From: Octopus sinensis
Taxonomy: Eukaryota
Direction of reading: 5' to 3'
NCBI RefSeq assembly: GCF_006345805.1
Contig: NC_042997.1
Span: forward strand, 194,308,001 to 194,372,000
DNA: 64,000 nucleotides
Shown here: piece by piece, positions 60,540 to 64,000 of the stretch
How the letters are laid out: every line of letters starts with the position of its first letter
Position numbering within the stretch: the first letter of the stretch is position 1
Position numbers and translations under genes: made by a program
Notes under the pieces: model-generated
Seen by the model: only the letters and a program-made list of their open reading frames with translations
Told to the model about the DNA's origin: nothing
The model's database searches: none

Positions 60540-62465
60540 TGAATAAGTATTTTCCTAGTACAGAATCAGATGATTCCGATAGCGATTATGATATCCCGAT
60601 GTATCAAAAGTAGAAGCGGGCAACAGTGAATGACACTGAAATGTAGTATGATGGTGTAGCAAAAGATGTCGTTGAGGTAGCCGATGAAATAGGCATGTGG
60701 ACGACATCCAAGTAAGACAATGGGGAAGCATCGGATTGTGGCTTAAATAATTTATTTAATCGACACTTGCATTTACGTGTTGTATACACCAGAAAATTCA
60801 CTACATGACATTACCAACTTGCTTCGAGTTGGCGAAAAAGAAAATAAACAAGGGAAATACTGTGTCAATGTGATGAGAAATAACCAGGCATGTTTTGTGT
60901 CTGTGAGTGCGTTAGTCATTCGTTGGTATCTGCTACTGTGTTGGGTCATTTAGGCTGAATATGTGGTTCTCTGTTGGCTGCTTGACTGACGCAAGTTACT
61001 TGCTGGCTGTCTACTTGGTGATGGCTCTCTGCCTCTGTCGTATGTCTGACTGTATTTATAACGGTCGTAACAGCTAGAAGGACAGACATACCGCAGGAGT
61101 AATCTCTACTTATGTAGGTTGCCTCCTGTCCACTTGAACCTTAAATGACACGGCTCGGGTGGTAGGGCGAAGAGAAATCCATCCATCACTTTTTGACAGG
61201 ACAAAGAAATTTCTTTCGCACCTGTTTGGGCAGTGGTGGATCAGACGAACGAGAATCCTTAGATTCGGTTTCGAATCTCAGCTCGGAAAAGGAAATGTTA
61301 GTTTTTACATCCTTCTGATACTGATGGGCATCGTGAAGAAACCGACTCTGGCGTCATATTGGAATCGGGATCCAGCCACGTCGACTGCTTTCTTTCCGAA
61401 AACGATGCCACGTGATCGATTTTTGGCAGCGAGAACCACGTTGACAGGCTGCACGATATACGTCCTATCGTTGACAAAGTGACTGAAAATGTCAGAACGG
61501 TGTATGTCTCCACACAGGACATTTGTACATACGAGAGTTTGTGGGAATTCAAAGGAAGGCTCCGATTCAAACAATACAACTCGACAAACTTGCTCGCTTT
61601 GGAGTCAAAGCTTATAAAGTACACCGGTCAACTGGCTGAACCTGTGGCTACACTGGTCAAGACAGATTGGATCTTCCAGCGTCTACTCTAGCGTCAACTG
61701 ATGTCGTGTTGTCGTTGAACGAAAACTTGTTTGATAAAGGTTACAATATTTATATGGACAACTGGTTTTCCAGTTCAGACCTCCTCCTGCAGCTGCAGAC
61801 GAGGAGGACTAATGCCTGTGGGCCTGTGAGGACGCACAAGATAAAATTTTGAAAGAGGAAAACAGTGTACCGATGCACTGATAGTGACATTCTCGCTCTA
61901 GAGTGACGTGACTAGAAAAACGTCTGCATGTTATTGGCAATGCATTTTGCAAGCATGAAGGACACTAGGAAACAAGATACGGACGGTAATGCCATAATGA
62001 AACCGCGTGTAGTTGTTTCATACAATGAAGGGATGAGCGGGGGTCGATCACTTAGATCAGCTGGTGATAATACACAAGTTGGTGATAAAATTTGTGAAAT
62101 GGTACAAAAAAATTTTTCTAGTATATAGTTGACATGTTTGTCGTGAACTCACATTTGATTTGGCAGATGCTTGGCGGTGTGGGGGATGGATTGACATTCA
62201 GGAATATATTGTTCCGTGGAATGATAGAAGCACAGAACGCGTGAACGTCCCCACTCCTCACCGCATCGGTGAAGGGAAGTGGACATTTTGCACGACTGCT
62301 TCCCACCCCAACAACGCCAAGAAGACAAATTATTCGAAGAGACGCACAGTATGTAAAGCAAAAGGGAAACATAAGGAAACTAGACACCATCGTTCACAAT
62401 GTGATACGTCACTGTGCGTGGTACCCTGTTTCGAAGTCAACCACACTAAAGTCAGTTTTTGAATT
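60540..62465 (+). pseudogene. decayed piggyBac (PGBD-like) transposase
   Basis: Across frameshifts: acidic SDDSDSDY, VVDQTN, LMGIVKKPTLASYW, MPRDRF, YESLWEFKGRLRFKQY (first catalytic D to Y), NIYMDNWFSS, YNEGMSGVDRSD, C-terminal CKAK...CDTSLCVVPCF-NH. Confidence 0.9.
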
Positions 62466-62570
62466 CACGTGATTATAAATACATTAAGTTGAGTGATCTT
62501 ATTCAGGAATAATATCGCACGAGCGTCCTTCATAGGGGTATAGTTTAGGTAAATAAACAATACTTGCACT

Positions 62571-62963
62571 CACAAGCGTAGCTAGAGGGTGAGGTAGGGG
62601 CGGCCCGTTCCGGGCGGCAACTTTCATCCTGTTGTAGGCTATTGCTGTAGGCAATCGAGCTGGCAGAATCGTTATCACGCGGGGCAAAATGCTTAGCGGT
62701 ATTTCGTCTGCCGTTACGTTCTGAGTTCAAATTCCGCCGAGGTCGACTTTGCTTTTCATCCATTCGGGGGGGTCGATTAAATAAGTACCAGTTACGTAAT
62801 GGGGTCGATATAATCGACTTAGTCCCTTTGTCGGTCCTTGTTTGTCTCCTCTATGTTTACCCCCTTGTGGGCAATAAAGAAATAAATATGTTTTTGTGTG
62901 TGGGGTCCGGGGGCGGCAAACGGAAGGGGCGCCCGGGTGGCACACACTCTAGCTATGCTAGTG
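62571..62963. mobile_element. hAT-type MITE, copy 3, perfect 8-bp TSD, interrupted by a SINE-A
   Basis: CTTGCACT at 62563-62570 and 62964-62971; 17-bp TIRs with 2 mismatches; inverted relative to 59838-60003. Confidence 0.85.
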
Positions 62964-63182
62964 CTTGCACTAAAGCGGTTGGCGTAAATGTATGCCGAAC
63001 GTTATCTCGCACTGAGTGCTGACCTCAATCAGCGCGATTACCGTTACTGAGCGCCGGCAACCGAATGAATCATTGCTGTAAACTGGTTTAAGCGAACCAT
63101 TGTCGTGCGCTAATTGCTGGTCTCAGCCGAGATGATTACCGTCAATGCAACCTAGTTGCTTGATAAAAAAAAAACCGTTGTC

Positions 63183-63240
63183 ATGGGGTTAAAGATGGCA
63201 AGATGGTCCTCGTCGCTCCAACGGACGAACTTATGTATGA
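63183..63240 (+). other. candidate first coding exon of an unidentified plus-strand gene (MGLKMARWSSSLQRTNL...)
   Basis: AAGATGGC start context at 63192-63199, GTATGA donor-like site at 63235, preceded by a CpG-richer non-repetitive stretch (62975-63180). No homology recognised. Confidence 0.25.
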
Positions 63241-63559
63241 TCTTTTCTGTTTTTAATTAATTAATTTTCCTTTGAAGAAGGAGCTGGTTTCTAACAATGA
63301 TACAAAGCTCCATCGTTGTCAACGAAAACAATGTCACAGCTGAAACCTAAGAAAAGTCTTGCATAGTTTTACTGTTCCGCTTACAGACTATATTTGTAAT
63401 GTGCGAGTCAGTTGGTTGTTTTCTTTTTCTGAAAATCCAAGCTTATCCAGATTGACAGTTTACAACATGAAACTGTGAAACGTAAAAAAAAAAGAAAGAA
63501 TAATGATCTTTGATTTTGGCAGAATGTAGAATGAACTGGAAAGATTTATTGAGAGGACC

Positions 63560-64000
63560 AACGTCTCATTATTTGCAACATTAATTCTCATCCCTGCCTT
63601 GCAGCACTCGACAACACACCTATTTAGTGCATGCTAGAGATCACCTTCTGATGAGCCAAGTAGCACCGTGTCGTCTGCAAATATCAACCGACCAACCCTA
63701 CAACCACCGCGTGTGATACCACTCCCACAACAGCTATACATGCCTGTCCAGTTCATAAAAGGTATGAAAAGGTGAAGTGACAATACACACCCCTGCCAAA
63801 CTCCAACACCTACATGAATAGGTTTCAACTTCGCACTGTTTGCTCAAACACAAATATCTGGGCTTTTGCATAGGGACTTCGCAGCAACCAGAAGTTGTCT
63901 GTTAATCTCAAATTCCTGAAAAAACTTTCACAATATGCGTTATCAAGGTCTTCGAAACAAACGTAGCCCTCTTGGCAAAATTCCCACGAGTTCTCGAAGA
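63560..64000 (-). mobile_element. RTE-like LINE reverse transcriptase fragment (runs off the window)
   Basis: GVGVWQGCVLSLHLFIPFM...RLIFADDTVLLGSSEGDL*HAL, RT domains 4-5 with FADD; upstream WEF...CFEDLDNAY; contains stops. Confidence 0.9.

Overview
Repeat-dense, AT-rich animal genomic DNA. The SINE/MITE families and microsatellite load resemble an octopus (coleoid cephalopod) genome; this is inferred from recalled repeat families, not a database match. One protein-coding gene can be fully reconstructed on the minus strand: B3GLCT (beta-1,3-glucosyltransferase, GT31/Fringe-like). It has 14 coding exons from 57934 to 15774, all GT-AG with matching phases, totalling 1425 nt or 474 aa, with a signal peptide, VDDDT and PDDM motifs and a C-terminal HDEL. 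Nearly all long ORFs in the supplied track are microsatellite artefacts. The rest is mobile DNA: four tRNA-derived SINE families, CR1- and RTE-like LINE fragments, a decayed piggyBac transposase, hAT/piggyBac/Tc1-type MITEs, two non-autonomous Helitrons and a Ginger-like TGT...ACA element. The most notable signal is at least four unrelated short repeat families, each carrying a minimal type I hammerhead-ribozyme motif. Three occur in the inverted (head-to-head) arrangement typical of Penelope-like elements, several with 10-14 bp target-site duplications. One family joins a tRNA-derived Pol III head to the hammerhead/Penelope-type tail, suggesting a SINE/retrozyme hybrid. Several motifs lie in B3GLCT introns in the sense orientation.
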